64,000 nucleotides of DNA from Polyangiales bacterium (GTDB lineage Bacteria > Myxococcota_A > Polyangia > Polyangiales > Houyiibacteriaceae). Below are positions 10,428 through 20,533 of the stretch, piece by piece. The stretch's first letter is position 1, and every line of letters starts with the position of its first letter. The notes under the pieces are model-generated. The model did no database searches. It was given only the letters and a program-made list of their open reading frames with translations, and was not told the origin of the DNA. The stretch spans positions 1-64,000 of the forward strand of contig JBGCFM010000041.1 in the NCBI GenBank assembly GCA_045106895.1, in the 5' to 3' direction. The position numbers and the translations under genes are program-made.

Positions 10428-12482
10428 GTGAGCGAAGGGCCAAAACGCGCGCGCTTTGCGCAGGGAGACAAGGAAGGCACGGCGCCACGACTGGCGGGCG
10501 CAAACTTGCTCCTCGACGGTCGCTCCGTTCCGCTTCGCTCAGGTGCCATGCACTACTGGCGACTGCGGCGCGAAAACTGGCGCCCGGCCCTTCGCGCGCT
10601 CCGTGACCTTGGTCTCGAAATGGTGGAGACGTACGCGCCGTGGGGCGTTCATGAGACGGCTCCGGGCGTCTTCGACTTCGGCGAAACGGATGAGCGCAAA
10701 GACCTCGGCGCATTCATCGACATGGCGGATGAGGAAGGCCTCCTCTGCTTCGTCCGCCCAGGCCCCCACATCAACGCCGAGCTCACCTACTTTGGACTGC
10801 CAGAGTGGATCGTGGATGACCCCGCAATGCAGGCGCGCACGCCGCGGAACAATCCCGTCGTGCTCTTCTTTCCGCCGCGTATGTTCGCGGTGCCGAGCCA
10901 TGCGTCGAACGCCTACCACGACGCCGTCGCTCAGTGGTACGCCGCCGTCGGCGCCGTGGTCGCTCCACGCCTGTACCCAAAGGGCCCAGTCGCGCTCCTC
11001 CAGGTCGACAACGAAGCCGGCTTCTTCTTCCGCAACGGACCCTTCTGCCAGGATTACCATCCGGACTCTTTGGCGCTCTGGGAAGAGTTCGTCGCACAAC
11101 GCTACGGCGGGAGCGAAGAAGCCGCTCTTGCCTTCGAGCAAGACACGATTGCGCCCCCGCACTCCTTTGGCAGCGGCCACTGGGGCGAAGAGCCTAGCGC
11201 CGGCGAGTTCCGCCGGCAGCTCGCGTGGGCTGAGTTTCAGGAGCACACGCTAACCACGGCGATGAGCCGCATGAAGAAGTCCATGCAGCGCGCCGGAATG
11301 AAGGGCGTGCCGATTCTTCACAACGTCTCACTCGGCGAAGGCGGCCTACCCGTGAGCGTTCCGGCCCTGGACCGAAACCTCGATCTTGTCGGTCTCGATT
11401 ACTACCATCCAGCCCGCGACCACGACGCTATCAAGCGCCGAACGCTCTACCTCGCCGGCACCTGCGACCTCCCCTACGCGCCCGAGCTCGGCGTGGGAGC
11501 GCCTCCTTGGTTTACGCCGCTAGCGCACCGAGACTCGCTCTTCTGCGGAATGGCGGCGAGCGCCTACGGCTTGCGCGGCTTCAACCTGTACATGACCGTC
11601 GACCGCGACCGGTGGTACGGCGCCATCATCGACACCGCAGGGCGCACACGTCAGGAGTCCGTCGACTGGGCGCGCTTTCTCGCGGCCCTTGAGCGAACCG
11701 GCTTTCACGAGCTCACGCGCCGGGCCTCCGTTGGGCTGGTCGTCCCGCGCGAGTACGGACGACTCTCCCGCGCCACCCATACGCTCGGCGCAGTGAGCCC
11801 AGCAACCCTCGAAGCCATGGGGGGCGGCCCCACCGATGGCTGCAGGCGAGACACCCTCGGTCTTGGCACGCCCGTTCAGGTGCGGTGGTGGGAGGCGCTG
11901 GAGCGCGTGTCCGAAGCGCTCACGAACGCGGGCGTCTCCTACAACTACATCGACTCCGAGGCCTCAGCGAAACACTGGCGTGGCTACGATGTCCTCTATT
12001 CGCCCACCTTCCGCTTCGCCAGCCCCAAGCGCTATGCTTCGCTCAGGCGCTCAAGCGAAAAGGCGCGCGTCATCATTGGGCCCGAACACCCATCTCAGAA
12101 CCACGAGTTCAACGACGAGGACTTCGGCGAAAAGCTCGCGTGCCTCGACGTCTTCGACGAACGCGCTCTCCAAGCTGCCGTTGTCGACTGGGTCGCTCGC
12201 TACTCCGCGGCGCGCCCTTACGCCACCACGCCGCCCCTCGAGACCGAACTCCACGTCGACGGTGACCGCGATGCGGTGCTCTTCGTCATCAACCCGACCA
12301 GCGACGCCCGGGATGCGGAGATCAACTTGCCAGCACCCACGCTCGCCCGAGACCTGCTCAGCGCCGAAGAGTTTCAGGGTGACTCGGTTTTGAAACTGCG
12401 CGTGCCAGCTTTCACTGTGCGGCTCCTGGAACTTGAACCGCAACGACGCAACGACGCCCCAAGCGCACGGAGGAAGCGATGA
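10428..12482 (+). CDS. Beta-galactosidase-like glycoside hydrolase (GH35-type N-terminus)
   Basis: SGAMHYWR, ETYAPWGVHE, VRPGPHINAE, QVDNE (acid/base); candidate nucleophile in APELG. Confidence 0.85.
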   Translation: MSEGPKRARFAQGDKEGTAPRLAGANLLLDGRSVPLRSGAMHYWRLRRENWRPALRALRDLGLEMVETYAPWGVHETAPGVFDFGETDERKDLGAFIDMADEEGLLCFVRPGPHINAELTYFGLPEWIVDDPAMQARTPRNNPVVLFFPPRMFAVPSHASNAYHDAVAQWYAAVGAVVAPRLYPKGPVALLQVDNEAGFFFRNGPFCQDYHPDSLALWEEFVAQRYGGSEEAALAFEQDTIAPPHSFGSGHWGEEPSAGEFRRQLAWAEFQEHTLTTAMSRMKKSMQRAGMKGVPILHNVSLGEGGLPVSVPALDRNLDLVGLDYYHPARDHDAIKRRTLYLAGTCDLPYAPELGVGAPPWFTPLAHRDSLFCGMAASAYGLRGFNLYMTVDRDRWYGAIIDTAGRTRQESVDWARFLAALERTGFHELTRRASVGLVVPREYGRLSRATHTLGAVSPATLEAMGGGPTDGCRRDTLGLGTPVQVRWWEALERVSEALTNAGVSYNYIDSEASAKHWRGYDVLYSPTFRFASPKRYASLRRSSEKARVIIGPEHPSQNHEFNDEDFGEKLACLDVFDERALQAAVVDWVARYSAARPYATTPPLETELHVDGDRDAVLFVINPTSDARDAEINLPAPTLARDLLSAEEFQGDSVLKLRVPAFTVRLLELEPQRRNDAPSARRKR

Positions 12483-13504
12483 TTTCCGCGGACCTTCGCG
12501 TGGAGGGTTTTGACACCCCTTCTTGGACTCAGCTTATCTCTCTGTTCATGCCGGGGCTCGATGAGCGTCTCGCTGACCACGTGGAAGGCGCTCGCGGCAC
12601 GCTCACCCTCGTCGAGGACACCGAGCGGACTGTCCTCACCGCCATCGACAGCACCCGGGGACCGGTACATTCACTCTGCGGCTGCTTGGTGGACGACCTC
12701 GAGCAAATGGCGTTGAACCACTCCGTGCGGCGCGTCGTCGTCCTTCGCGCCGGCACAATGGAAGAGCTCTCCGAGCGTCTTGGGCTCTCGGCACGAGTGA
12801 GTGACGACTATGTCAGTCAGATGCTTGGGCTCCTTCGTGCTGTGCGCGGTGCGATGGACGCCGGCCACATTCGTCTCTGGCCTAACCCTTTCGCCAACGT
12901 GCCGATTCCGCCACCTGGCGCCTTCGCTCGTGCGCTCGACATTCTGCTGCCACGTGACCGCGCGCTTCTCGTCATGCTCTTCAAGCCGGGCACCAGCCCC
13001 GCGCAACTCGCCACGGCGGCCGCTGTGCGCCGTAACCATGAAGGCGATATCGATCTCCTTGCGGGTCCTGACCTCTTGCGCGCTTGGGCCGGCCCCACGG
13101 GTGGCGACTGGCAGCGTGACTATCGCGTGTACGTCGACGCCGTCTCCCGCAACGTCGCCGAGGTTCACATGGGCATCTTCTGCGAGGTCCCGACACTCGA
13201 GGCGCTCCTGCGACGCGGCGGAGACCCCGGCGCCTGGGCCGCCGAGACCGCCACTCGAAACATGATCATCAGCCCGGTCCCCGCAGCCGTCGCCGTCGCC
13301 GTCGGCGCCGACGCCCTCCGCGGCGTTGGGCGCGCATCCGCCAAGGCCCTCGGCGGCTTCGACTTCGCCGGCCGTCTCTTGCCCCTCGCGTCCCAGATTC
13401 GCTCTCGGTGGCTCGCCGCGCGTACCGTCACCGACGAACTCGGCTTTGATCCACTTCGTGTCTTGGCGACGTTCCTGCGGCGCGACGACGCCTCCGACGA
13501 CTAG
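12479..13504 (+). CDS. Hypothetical protein
   Basis: 341 aa; ATGA overlap with the upstream gene. Confidence 0.75.
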   Translation: MISADLRVEGFDTPSWTQLISLFMPGLDERLADHVEGARGTLTLVEDTERTVLTAIDSTRGPVHSLCGCLVDDLEQMALNHSVRRVVVLRAGTMEELSERLGLSARVSDDYVSQMLGLLRAVRGAMDAGHIRLWPNPFANVPIPPPGAFARALDILLPRDRALLVMLFKPGTSPAQLATAAAVRRNHEGDIDLLAGPDLLRAWAGPTGGDWQRDYRVYVDAVSRNVAEVHMGIFCEVPTLEALLRRGGDPGAWAAETATRNMIISPVPAAVAVAVGADALRGVGRASAKALGGFDFAGRLLPLASQIRSRWLAARTVTDELGFDPLRVLATFLRRDDASDD

Positions 13505-13511
13505 GACTTCT

Positions 13512-14204
13512 TCACCCGCCGTCGAAGGCAAACCCGAGGGTCGTGCGGATGCCGACGTCGACGAGCGAACGGCGCACTGCGGGGAGATACGAAGCGCCTC
13601 CCGTCGCGCCCAAGCTGATCTGAAGCGCGCCGTGCGCCGTCTCGTGGTTCATCATCAAACCGAGTTCCGCTTCGACGCCAAACCCGAAGCGCGTCGGCTC
13701 TGCTCCGCGCGCGACGACGAACCCCGGCGCGAAGCTCGCGTAGGGACGGAACATCTCATGACGACGAGCGATGAATCGCCACTCGAGGGCCGTGCGGTAC
13801 TCGTCCTCCTCCGCAAAGTGCGTGAAGTCGAAACGAAAGCCGACGGAGCTCCAACCTAGTTCGGCAACGATTCTTGCGCCGGCGACGACGCCCATGCCGC
13901 CAGCGGTCTGGAGCACGCGGCGCCGGATGCCCGTGATAAGGGAAAGCGCCGGCCGGCTCGAGCTCCGGTTTTGGCGCACGAGCCGCAATTGAACGGGCGG
14001 CGGCGGCGATATGTAGATTCGTCTCTCGACGGTGCGAACCGTGTTCAAGCGGACTGGATTTAGGCGAACCCGCGGGTCTCGCACTTGCTCGCAGCAGGGG
14101 GAGCGATCCGGAACGAATAGATAGCGATCTGGCTGCGCGTCGGCTTTGGGCGATGCGGCGAGTAACGAAAAACCAAGAGCGAGAGCGAATAGGACACGGG
14201 ACAT
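13512..14204 (-). CDS. Secreted protein, probable outer-membrane beta-barrel
   Basis: Signal peptide MSRVLFALALGFSLLAASPKADA; GGAGG RBS upstream of ATG 14204; alternating amphipathic strands ending TTLGFAF. Confidence 0.65.
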   Translation of the reverse strand: MSRVLFALALGFSLLAASPKADAQPDRYLFVPDRSPCCEQVRDPRVRLNPVRLNTVRTVERRIYISPPPPVQLRLVRQNRSSSRPALSLITGIRRRVLQTAGGMGVVAGARIVAELGWSSVGFRFDFTHFAEEDEYRTALEWRFIARRHEMFRPYASFAPGFVVARGAEPTRFGFGVEAELGLMMNHETAHGALQISLGATGGASYLPAVRRSLVDVGIRTTLGFAFDGG

Positions 14205-14333
14205 TCTTTGGTACCTCCACCTCCCAAACGCCTCCGGCGCTGTGCACTTACACCCCTCTTCATAAAACGCAGGGCGTGATTTCTCCGCGAATTCAGGCAT
14301 TTGCAGTACTACTGAAAACTTGTCCCTGAAAAT

Positions 14334-14362
14334 TTGACTCGTTGTTCAGCAGTCCCTATGGT
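14334..14362 (+). promoter_or_regulatory. Sigma70-type lexA promoter overlapped by putative SOS-box half-sites
   Basis: TTGACT (14334-14339), 17 nt, TATGGT (14357-14362). GTTCAG lies in the spacer and further TTCAG/CTGAA/GAAC sites lie at 14291-14400. Confidence 0.65.
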
Positions 14363-14444
14363 TCTCAAGCTGTTCATTGTAGCAGTGAACATAATTTCAG
14401 CACGGCAGCTCTTTCTGGGTCGCCACCAACTCCCGCGGAACCCC

Positions 14445-15110
14445 ATGCAGCAACTCACCGAACGTCAGCGCGCCGTCCTCGAGTACATCGAATTCTCCAT
14501 TCAGGACCGAGGTTACCCGCCCACGTTGCGCGAGATCGGCAACCACATGGAGCCGCCCATCAAGAGCACGAACGGGGTGAACGACCACCTTCGCGCCCTT
14601 GAACGCAAAGGCTACCTCACGCGTGAGGACATGAAGTCCCGCACGCTTCGCCTGCTCCGCACACCCGATGGCGAGCCCGTGGGCGCGGCCTCGTCGAACA
14701 ACGACGACGACGACATGATCGCGATTCCTATCTTGGGTCGCGTAGCCGCCGGCGCGCTCACGGAAGCCATCGAGCACCCGGAGGACACGGTCAAAGTCGA
14801 CCGCATGCTCATCGGGCGAGGCAAAGACGTCTTTGGTCTTCGCATCGTTGGTGAGTCGATGATCGAAGCGGGCATCCACAACGGCGACTACGTCTTCGTG
14901 CGCAAGCAGCTGACCGCGCGGAAGGGCGACATCGTCATCGCCCTCGTCGAAGGTGAAGCGACTTGTAAGTACTTCTACCCAGAGCCGGATCACATTCGTT
15001 TGCAGCCCGCGAACTCCACGATGGAGCCGATCCTTGTATCCAAGGAAGACTGGCGTACGACTCAAGTCCTCGGCATCGTCGTCGGCGTCTACCGGAAACT
15101 CGAATCTTGA
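14445..15110 (+). CDS. lexA: SOS repressor LexA
   Basis: LTERQ...GYPPTLREIG, STNGVNDHLRALERKG, Ala-Gly cleavage site (VAAG), catalytic Ser (GESM) and Lys (ATCK). Confidence 0.97.
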   Translation: MQQLTERQRAVLEYIEFSIQDRGYPPTLREIGNHMEPPIKSTNGVNDHLRALERKGYLTREDMKSRTLRLLRTPDGEPVGAASSNNDDDDMIAIPILGRVAAGALTEAIEHPEDTVKVDRMLIGRGKDVFGLRIVGESMIEAGIHNGDYVFVRKQLTARKGDIVIALVEGEATCKYFYPEPDHIRLQPANSTMEPILVSKEDWRTTQVLGIVVGVYRKLES

Positions 15111-15385
15111 AGGCGGTCTGGAACGGAGCCACCCTCGCCGACTCCGACGACATCGTGACCGTCGAAGGAAACGCGTACTTCCCTCGCGCCTCGCTCGTGA
15201 GTGAGCACTTCGAAGCCAGCACGCACACCACTGTGTGCGGCTGGAAGGGGACGGCGAACTACCTCAGCGTCGTCGTCGGCGGTGAACGCAACGACAACGC
15301 CGCGTGGTTCTACGACGCGCCCAAAGAAGCCGCCTCGGAAATCGCCGGACGCGTGGCTTTCTGGAAGGGCGTCACCGTCTCATAG
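15107..15385 (+). CDS. DUF427-domain protein
   Basis: MKAVWNG..LADSD, VEGNAYFP, CGWKGTANY, AAWFY; overlaps the lexA stop. Confidence 0.9.
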   Translation: MKAVWNGATLADSDDIVTVEGNAYFPRASLVSEHFEASTHTTVCGWKGTANYLSVVVGGERNDNAAWFYDAPKEAASEIAGRVAFWKGVTVS

Positions 15386-15393
15386 TTGGGGGT

Positions 15394-16992
15394 TCACCGG
15401 CGTCCTACTCGGCGCCGCCAGGCGAAGCCTAAGAGAAGAACAAGCCCCCACGGAGAAGGCGCGCTCTCGCCGCCAACCCCACAACGCGAGCATCCCGATC
15501 CGGGAGGCAGCGTCGGCGGTGGCGGGTCAGGCTGTTCACCGGACGGCAGAGTGTCCGAAGACGCGCCAAGCTCCGGAAGCGGCCCGTCAAGCATGGCCCC
15601 AAGGCCGAGGCCTGACGACGGAGGCGCCGCAAACGCAAGGCCGGCGGCGGCGTACGCGCCCGCGTTCACGTCTTCGCTGCCCGGAGGTCCTCCCCAACGG
15701 CCCCGCTGTGGGTTGTGGCATTCAACACCACCTTCCCATTCGTGAAGAATCGCGTAGCGCGCCTGAAAGTTGTTGTTGCCGTAAGACTCGACTCCTGGGA
15801 TCAGGTTTCCGTCTCCGTCCGGAGTCCCGCGCCCACCGGTAATGGGGGGAGCCGTACGAAAGACGAGGTCGTCGCCGACGGAGGTTGCGTCGTAACGCAT
15901 ATGCAGACGCGTGACGACGAAGTCGTTGGTAAAGCCCGTCGGGACCATGCCGCGACGGATGCTGCGCGCGTACGTCGGTGTCACGTCGGCACCGAGGGTA
16001 ACGATGATGTCTTCGTCGAGGACTGGACCGGGACACGGATCACAGCTCCCTGCACCCCATGCGTATTCGGTGAGCACTGCGCGACTGGACCCCTCACTCG
16101 CCCGTTCGAAAAGCGCGTCGTAGAACGCACCGAAGTGCTCGCGAGCGATGGGCGACACTCGAATATTCGTGGGGATCGCGTAGTTGTCGTAGTTCGCTAC
16201 TTCGAAACGGTTTCCGCGCGCCAACACGTGGACGATGACGTCTTGGGGTCCATCTGCGTTGAGTAAGCCAAGGCGAATGGGCAGAGAGAAGACCTCCGCG
16301 TCGTAGTAGAAGCGCAGCGGGCTAAGCACGGCGCGGCCCTCCTCGAAGGACACCCGCTCCGGGCGAACTTTCGCCACGAAGAAGCGCATTCCGCCTTGGA
16401 CGTAAGGTCGCAGCGCGGATTCCGCGCCGGGCGGGATGCGGTAGTCGTGGGCGAGGAGCCAGCGCTCCAGGCCGTCGGAGTCTCGGGCGCCAAGGATCTC
16501 GATCTCGTATTCGCCAACGGCAAACTGCGCCTCGACGGTAACCCCATAGTCCTCCGGCTCTTCGTAGTAGGACTCATCGTCGGTCTCCGTCCGCTCCGCC
16601 ACGCCGGCGAGGGCTATGTCCTCGTAGTCGTATGATGCCCTCTGCATGCAGGGGTCCTGCTCCCAGTATTCGACGAGGCGGGGCGCGGTCATCGTATCGA
16701 GACGTTCAAAGACATCCCGCGGCAACGTGCGCACCTGCTCTTCGGACAGAACCTCTGGAACCGGGATGATCAGCGCGAAGTCCTCCGGGGGGCCTTCGTA
16801 GTCGTTCTGCATGGAGACGATGGTGCGGGTTCCGTCACGCATCAGAACGACGAGACTTCCTCGGTTCTTCGGCGCCGTCGCGCCGCTCACGTAGAAACCG
16901 CAGAACGCCTGTGCTGTGGACTGCATACACAACGAGCCGGCGAGAAGGAGCGAAGAGGTCGCAGCGAGCGAAAGTTGGTGCTTCGTGAGCAT
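15394..16992 (-). CDS. DUF2330-domain exported protein with a MYXO-CTERM-like sorting tail
   Basis: Signal peptide then AFCGFYV; PRLVEYWEQDPC, CDPC; C-terminus GSGCSRCG...LVLLLGFAWRRR. Confidence 0.88.
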   Translation of the reverse strand: MLTKHQLSLAATSSLLLAGSLCMQSTAQAFCGFYVSGATAPKNRGSLVVLMRDGTRTIVSMQNDYEGPPEDFALIIPVPEVLSEEQVRTLPRDVFERLDTMTAPRLVEYWEQDPCMQRASYDYEDIALAGVAERTETDDESYYEEPEDYGVTVEAQFAVGEYEIEILGARDSDGLERWLLAHDYRIPPGAESALRPYVQGGMRFFVAKVRPERVSFEEGRAVLSPLRFYYDAEVFSLPIRLGLLNADGPQDVIVHVLARGNRFEVANYDNYAIPTNIRVSPIAREHFGAFYDALFERASEGSSRAVLTEYAWGAGSCDPCPGPVLDEDIIVTLGADVTPTYARSIRRGMVPTGFTNDFVVTRLHMRYDATSVGDDLVFRTAPPITGGRGTPDGDGNLIPGVESYGNNNFQARYAILHEWEGGVECHNPQRGRWGGPPGSEDVNAGAYAAAGLAFAAPPSSGLGLGAMLDGPLPELGASSDTLPSGEQPDPPPPTLPPGSGCSRCGVGGESAPSPWGLVLLLGFAWRRRVGRR

Positions 16993-17087
16993 AGGTCCTC
17001 AAGGAATACGGGGTCGAGTCAGAGCAGCGCCACTCCGACGCACCAGGTCTCAAATGGGTCTCGGGAAAATGCGCTGACCCATGCTTT

Positions 17088-17987
17088 GTGCCGATGGTAG
17101 GCTTCCGCGTGACGCGCGGGGACGTAAAAGCGGACGAAAACCCACGGTTTCCTCGAATCGCGGCGTCCTTGGCGCCGCTCTTTGCCGTCGGCGGCGTTCT
17201 CCTCTTCGCGCGGGAGCTGCGTCTCGGGCGGCTCTTTGGCGAGCCTGCCCAAGCCACGCTCACCATCACGACATTGGCCAGCGCGCTTGGCGCTGCCTCC
17301 CTCGTCGCCCTCCTCGTTCGCGGGCGGCGCGTGCACGGGCCTGTGCCTTACCCGCTCTTAGCGCTCGTTACTGTTGTCCCCACCGCCGTTGGCGCGTCGC
17401 TGCCGGGCGCCGATGCAGGACATTATGTCACCGCGCTCTGGTGTTCGGCGTGGCTGAACGGCGCCCTCGCATGGGTCGCCGTCATCGAAGTGTTCTCGAC
17501 GATGAGCAGGCGTGAGCAGAACCCCGCCCTTTGGATTTCCGCCGCCCTCGCACTGACGGCGACGGCGCTTTGTGCGTGGGTCTCCCTGGCTCTTGTTCCC
17601 TTTGCCGTGCTCGCCTGGGCGCTCCCGATGGGTCACCTCGCCCGGCCGGGTGACGCGAAAGCTGAAGGCGCGTTGCTCTCCGCTCCGGTTTTTGCCGCCG
17701 TCGCCCTATGGCTTGGCCACTGCGCGATGCTCCGCGCCGGTATCCTCACTCAACCCAGCGTGCTGACCCTCGTCGCCTGCGCCTGCCTCGCCCTCGACGT
17801 CCTTGTCGGCATTTGGGTCGTGCGGCCACGGGCGTTAGCCGGACTTCTGCCACTCGTACTCATCCTTGGCGGCTGGAGCGCCTCCGAAGGGGTGAGGTCA
17901 AAGGCGCCAGAGTCCGTGGAGGTGATTGCGCCAGCGCCCATCGACGATGGCGAAGGCCTTCGGGTCCCGTACACGCCACGAAGGTAG
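17088..17987 (+). CDS. Hypothetical multi-pass membrane protein
   Basis: About 8-9 hydrophobic segments; start uncertain. Confidence 0.6.
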   Translation: MPMVGFRVTRGDVKADENPRFPRIAASLAPLFAVGGVLLFARELRLGRLFGEPAQATLTITTLASALGAASLVALLVRGRRVHGPVPYPLLALVTVVPTAVGASLPGADAGHYVTALWCSAWLNGALAWVAVIEVFSTMSRREQNPALWISAALALTATALCAWVSLALVPFAVLAWALPMGHLARPGDAKAEGALLSAPVFAAVALWLGHCAMLRAGILTQPSVLTLVACACLALDVLVGIWVVRPRALAGLLPLVLILGGWSASEGVRSKAPESVEVIAPAPIDDGEGLRVPYTPRR

Positions 17988-18024
17988 CGCCTAGAAACTC
18001 ATGCGAGATGTACTAGGACCCCCT

Positions 18025-18429
18025 ATGCGCTTCTTCATTCTCTTTGCACTTCTACTCTCCCTCGCGTGCTCCGGCGACCAGACCCCAACAGCTCACCCCG
18101 TGACGCCCCCGGCAAACGGTGGCGAGCCGATCGAAACCGAGGCCCCGGAAGAAGAGCCCGTCGACGCCCCCAACGAGACAGCGAATATTGTTGTCGGGAC
18201 CGACGAATGCGTCACAGACGCAGACTGCATTCCTGCAGCTTGCTGCCACGCGACTGCCTGCGTCGCCGCGGCCAACGCTCCAAGCTGCGCGGACGCGATG
18301 TGCACCCAGGAGTGCCGCTACAACACCTTGGACTGCGGCGGTGGTTGCCTCTGCCAAGGAGGCCTCTGCGCTGCGCGTCTGTCCGAGGTCCCGGCGGCGA
18401 TTCGCGAATCCATGGAAAGCGCAGAGTAG
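18025..18429 (+). CDS. Lipoprotein with a 12-Cys mini-domain
   Basis: Lipobox LLLSLAC, Pro/Glu linker, then CVTDADCIPAACCH...CLCQGGLC. Confidence 0.8.
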   Translation: MRFFILFALLLSLACSGDQTPTAHPVTPPANGGEPIETEAPEEEPVDAPNETANIVVGTDECVTDADCIPAACCHATACVAAANAPSCADAMCTQECRYNTLDCGGGCLCQGGLCAARLSEVPAAIRESMESAE

Positions 18430-18442
18430 CTACGACTTCCGA

Positions 18443-18898
18443 CTAGCGTCGACCGCCGAACACCTGAGCGCCGAGGAGACCGTAGCCTCGTTCGATCTTC
18501 GCGCTCACAACCCAGGTCCCCGAAAGGTCTGGACAGAAACGTGTGTGCGGCAGATCCGCGGGCTGCGCCCTCGCTCGTACATTGGCGTACGCGTCGCGAA
18601 CATCGAGTCGAATCGCTCGAACCGATGGCTCTCCTGCGGCGAGCACAATGTAGCAGTGGCCAGCTTCGACCTCGATGTTCATGTCGAGAGTGCTGGACCC
18701 ACGACCACGATGTCGATCGACGTCGGAGACGGGCATCCAACCTTCGCCGTATCGACCGTGGCTTCGGCGCAACTGGCTCGCCACGTAGTCTCTTACCTCG
18801 CCACCGACGCTAAACGCATCGGCGAGCGTCTCCGTGCTCCACGCACACAGAAGTATCGCTGCGAGAAAGAAGGGGATTTGGCGAAGGCGCAAACGCAT
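18443..18898 (-). CDS. Secreted hypothetical protein (beta-sandwich-like)
   Basis: Signal peptide; EAGHCYIVLA and FCPDLSGTWVV. Confidence 0.7.
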   Translation of the reverse strand: MRLRLRQIPFFLAAILLCAWSTETLADAFSVGGEVRDYVASQLRRSHGRYGEGWMPVSDVDRHRGRGSSTLDMNIEVEAGHCYIVLAAGEPSVRAIRLDVRDAYANVRARAQPADLPHTRFCPDLSGTWVVSAKIERGYGLLGAQVFGGRR

Positions 18899-19036
18899 GC
18901 GTCAAAGATACACGGAGATTCCCCCCGCGCTCGTTGAAAGAGTGAAGGCCCCAGCATCGCGCAACCTGCGATGGGCGTTTGGAACCCTTGGGCTTAAGCC
19001 CTTGCAATTCGGACGTCCCCAGCCTTTCCTCGCCCC

Positions 19037-20533
19037 ATGCTCGACACCCTCCAGCGGCCCGGCGACTACGTTCAGGGTCAGTTTCTCAAGACATCTTCCC
19101 CCGACGACTCGCTGCGAATCCTAAGCCCGGGAGACCAGGCGGACGTTGTGAGCGAGCACGACGTGTCTCTCTCGCATGTCGATCGCGCGGTGACGGCGGC
19201 TCGTGACGCGGGCCCCGCCTGGCGAAAGCTCGGCATCGAAGAGCGGCGTGCTCTGCTCCGCAAATACCAAGAACGCTGCCGTGTCCACGAAGATGCCATC
19301 GCCGAGACCATCGCCCGGGAGTCTGGCAAGCCACTTTGGGATAGCCGCGGTGAAGCCAAGGCCTTGGCGGGCAAGGTCGACCTAATGCTCGGCGAAGGTG
19401 CCACGTACACCGCCGACAAAGAGCTCGAGGACCTCCCCGGCGCGATTCGCCACCGAGCCCTCGGCGTCGTCGCAGTCATTGGCCCCTTCAATTTCCCTGC
19501 CCACCTCGCCAACGGTCAGATGGTCCCTGCCCTCCTTCACGGGAACACCATCGTCTTCAAGCCAAGCGAGAAGACACCAAGTGCTGCGTTCTACATGGCG
19601 CGCTGTTTCGACGAGGCGGGCTTCCCGCCCGGCGTTGTGAACATCGTCCAAGGCGCAGCAGCGAGCGCCAAAGCGCTCGTCGACCACGAGGAGGTCGACG
19701 CGATCCTATTCACGGGCTCCGTCGCCGTCGGAAAGCTCATTCTCGCCGCCAACGCTCACCGGCCTGGCCGAATGATCGCCCTCGAGCTCGGTGGTAAGAA
19801 CGCATCGATCGTACTCGACGATGCGGACCTCGACCGCGCCGTGAACCAAATCTCGTTTGCCGCCTTCGCAAGCGCCGGCCAACGATGCACAGCAACAAGC
19901 CGCGTTTACGCCACCGCTGGTGTCATCGACGAGCTCGGCAAGCGCCTCGCCGCGCAGGCTGCGAAAGTCCGAGTGGGGCACCCGTTGGACGACGTATTCA
20001 TGGGTCCGCTCATCGACGAACGTTCACGGACCGCCCTCGGCGACGCCGTGGCTCGCGCACGTGAGGCTGGCTACGTAGCTCTTGAGAGCGGCGGCGCCTT
20101 CGAGCTCGACGGGCGCAGCGGTTGGTACGTGAGACCAAGCGTGCATCGCGCGCCGTCGGGCGACGCTCGCGTCGACGGTTACTCCCACGACGAGCTCTTC
20201 GGTCCAGACGTGGCCATCTACCCCATCACGGATCTCGACGAAGGAATCGAACGAGCGAACGGCACCCGCTACGGGCTTGCGGCGGCGCTTTTCACCGCAG
20301 AGCGTGCTGCATTTGATGATGCTGCATCGCGCCTGCGAGCCGGCGTTTGCCACTGGAATCAGTCCACCGCCGGCGCATCTGGGCGGCTTCCCTTCGGCGG
20401 TATCGGCGACAGCGGAAATCACCGTTCCGCGGGCATCCTGGCGGGTCGTTTCTGCGCTTGGCCACAGGCGGTGCGTTTTGAGCCCGCCAAGGACTCCCCG
20501 CTTCCGACGTGGCCCGGCTTCGGTGGCGAATGA
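19037..20533 (+). CDS. Aldehyde dehydrogenase, AstD (succinylglutamate-semialdehyde dehydrogenase)-like
   Basis: GPFNFPAHL, KPSE, FTGS, LELGGKN, catalytic Cys in AGQRCT, ELFGP, PFGGIGDSGNHR. Confidence 0.9.
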   Translation: MLDTLQRPGDYVQGQFLKTSSPDDSLRILSPGDQADVVSEHDVSLSHVDRAVTAARDAGPAWRKLGIEERRALLRKYQERCRVHEDAIAETIARESGKPLWDSRGEAKALAGKVDLMLGEGATYTADKELEDLPGAIRHRALGVVAVIGPFNFPAHLANGQMVPALLHGNTIVFKPSEKTPSAAFYMARCFDEAGFPPGVVNIVQGAAASAKALVDHEEVDAILFTGSVAVGKLILAANAHRPGRMIALELGGKNASIVLDDADLDRAVNQISFAAFASAGQRCTATSRVYATAGVIDELGKRLAAQAAKVRVGHPLDDVFMGPLIDERSRTALGDAVARAREAGYVALESGGAFELDGRSGWYVRPSVHRAPSGDARVDGYSHDELFGPDVAIYPITDLDEGIERANGTRYGLAAALFTAERAAFDDAASRLRAGVCHWNQSTAGASGRLPFGGIGDSGNHRSAGILAGRFCAWPQAVRFEPAKDSPLPTWPGFGGE

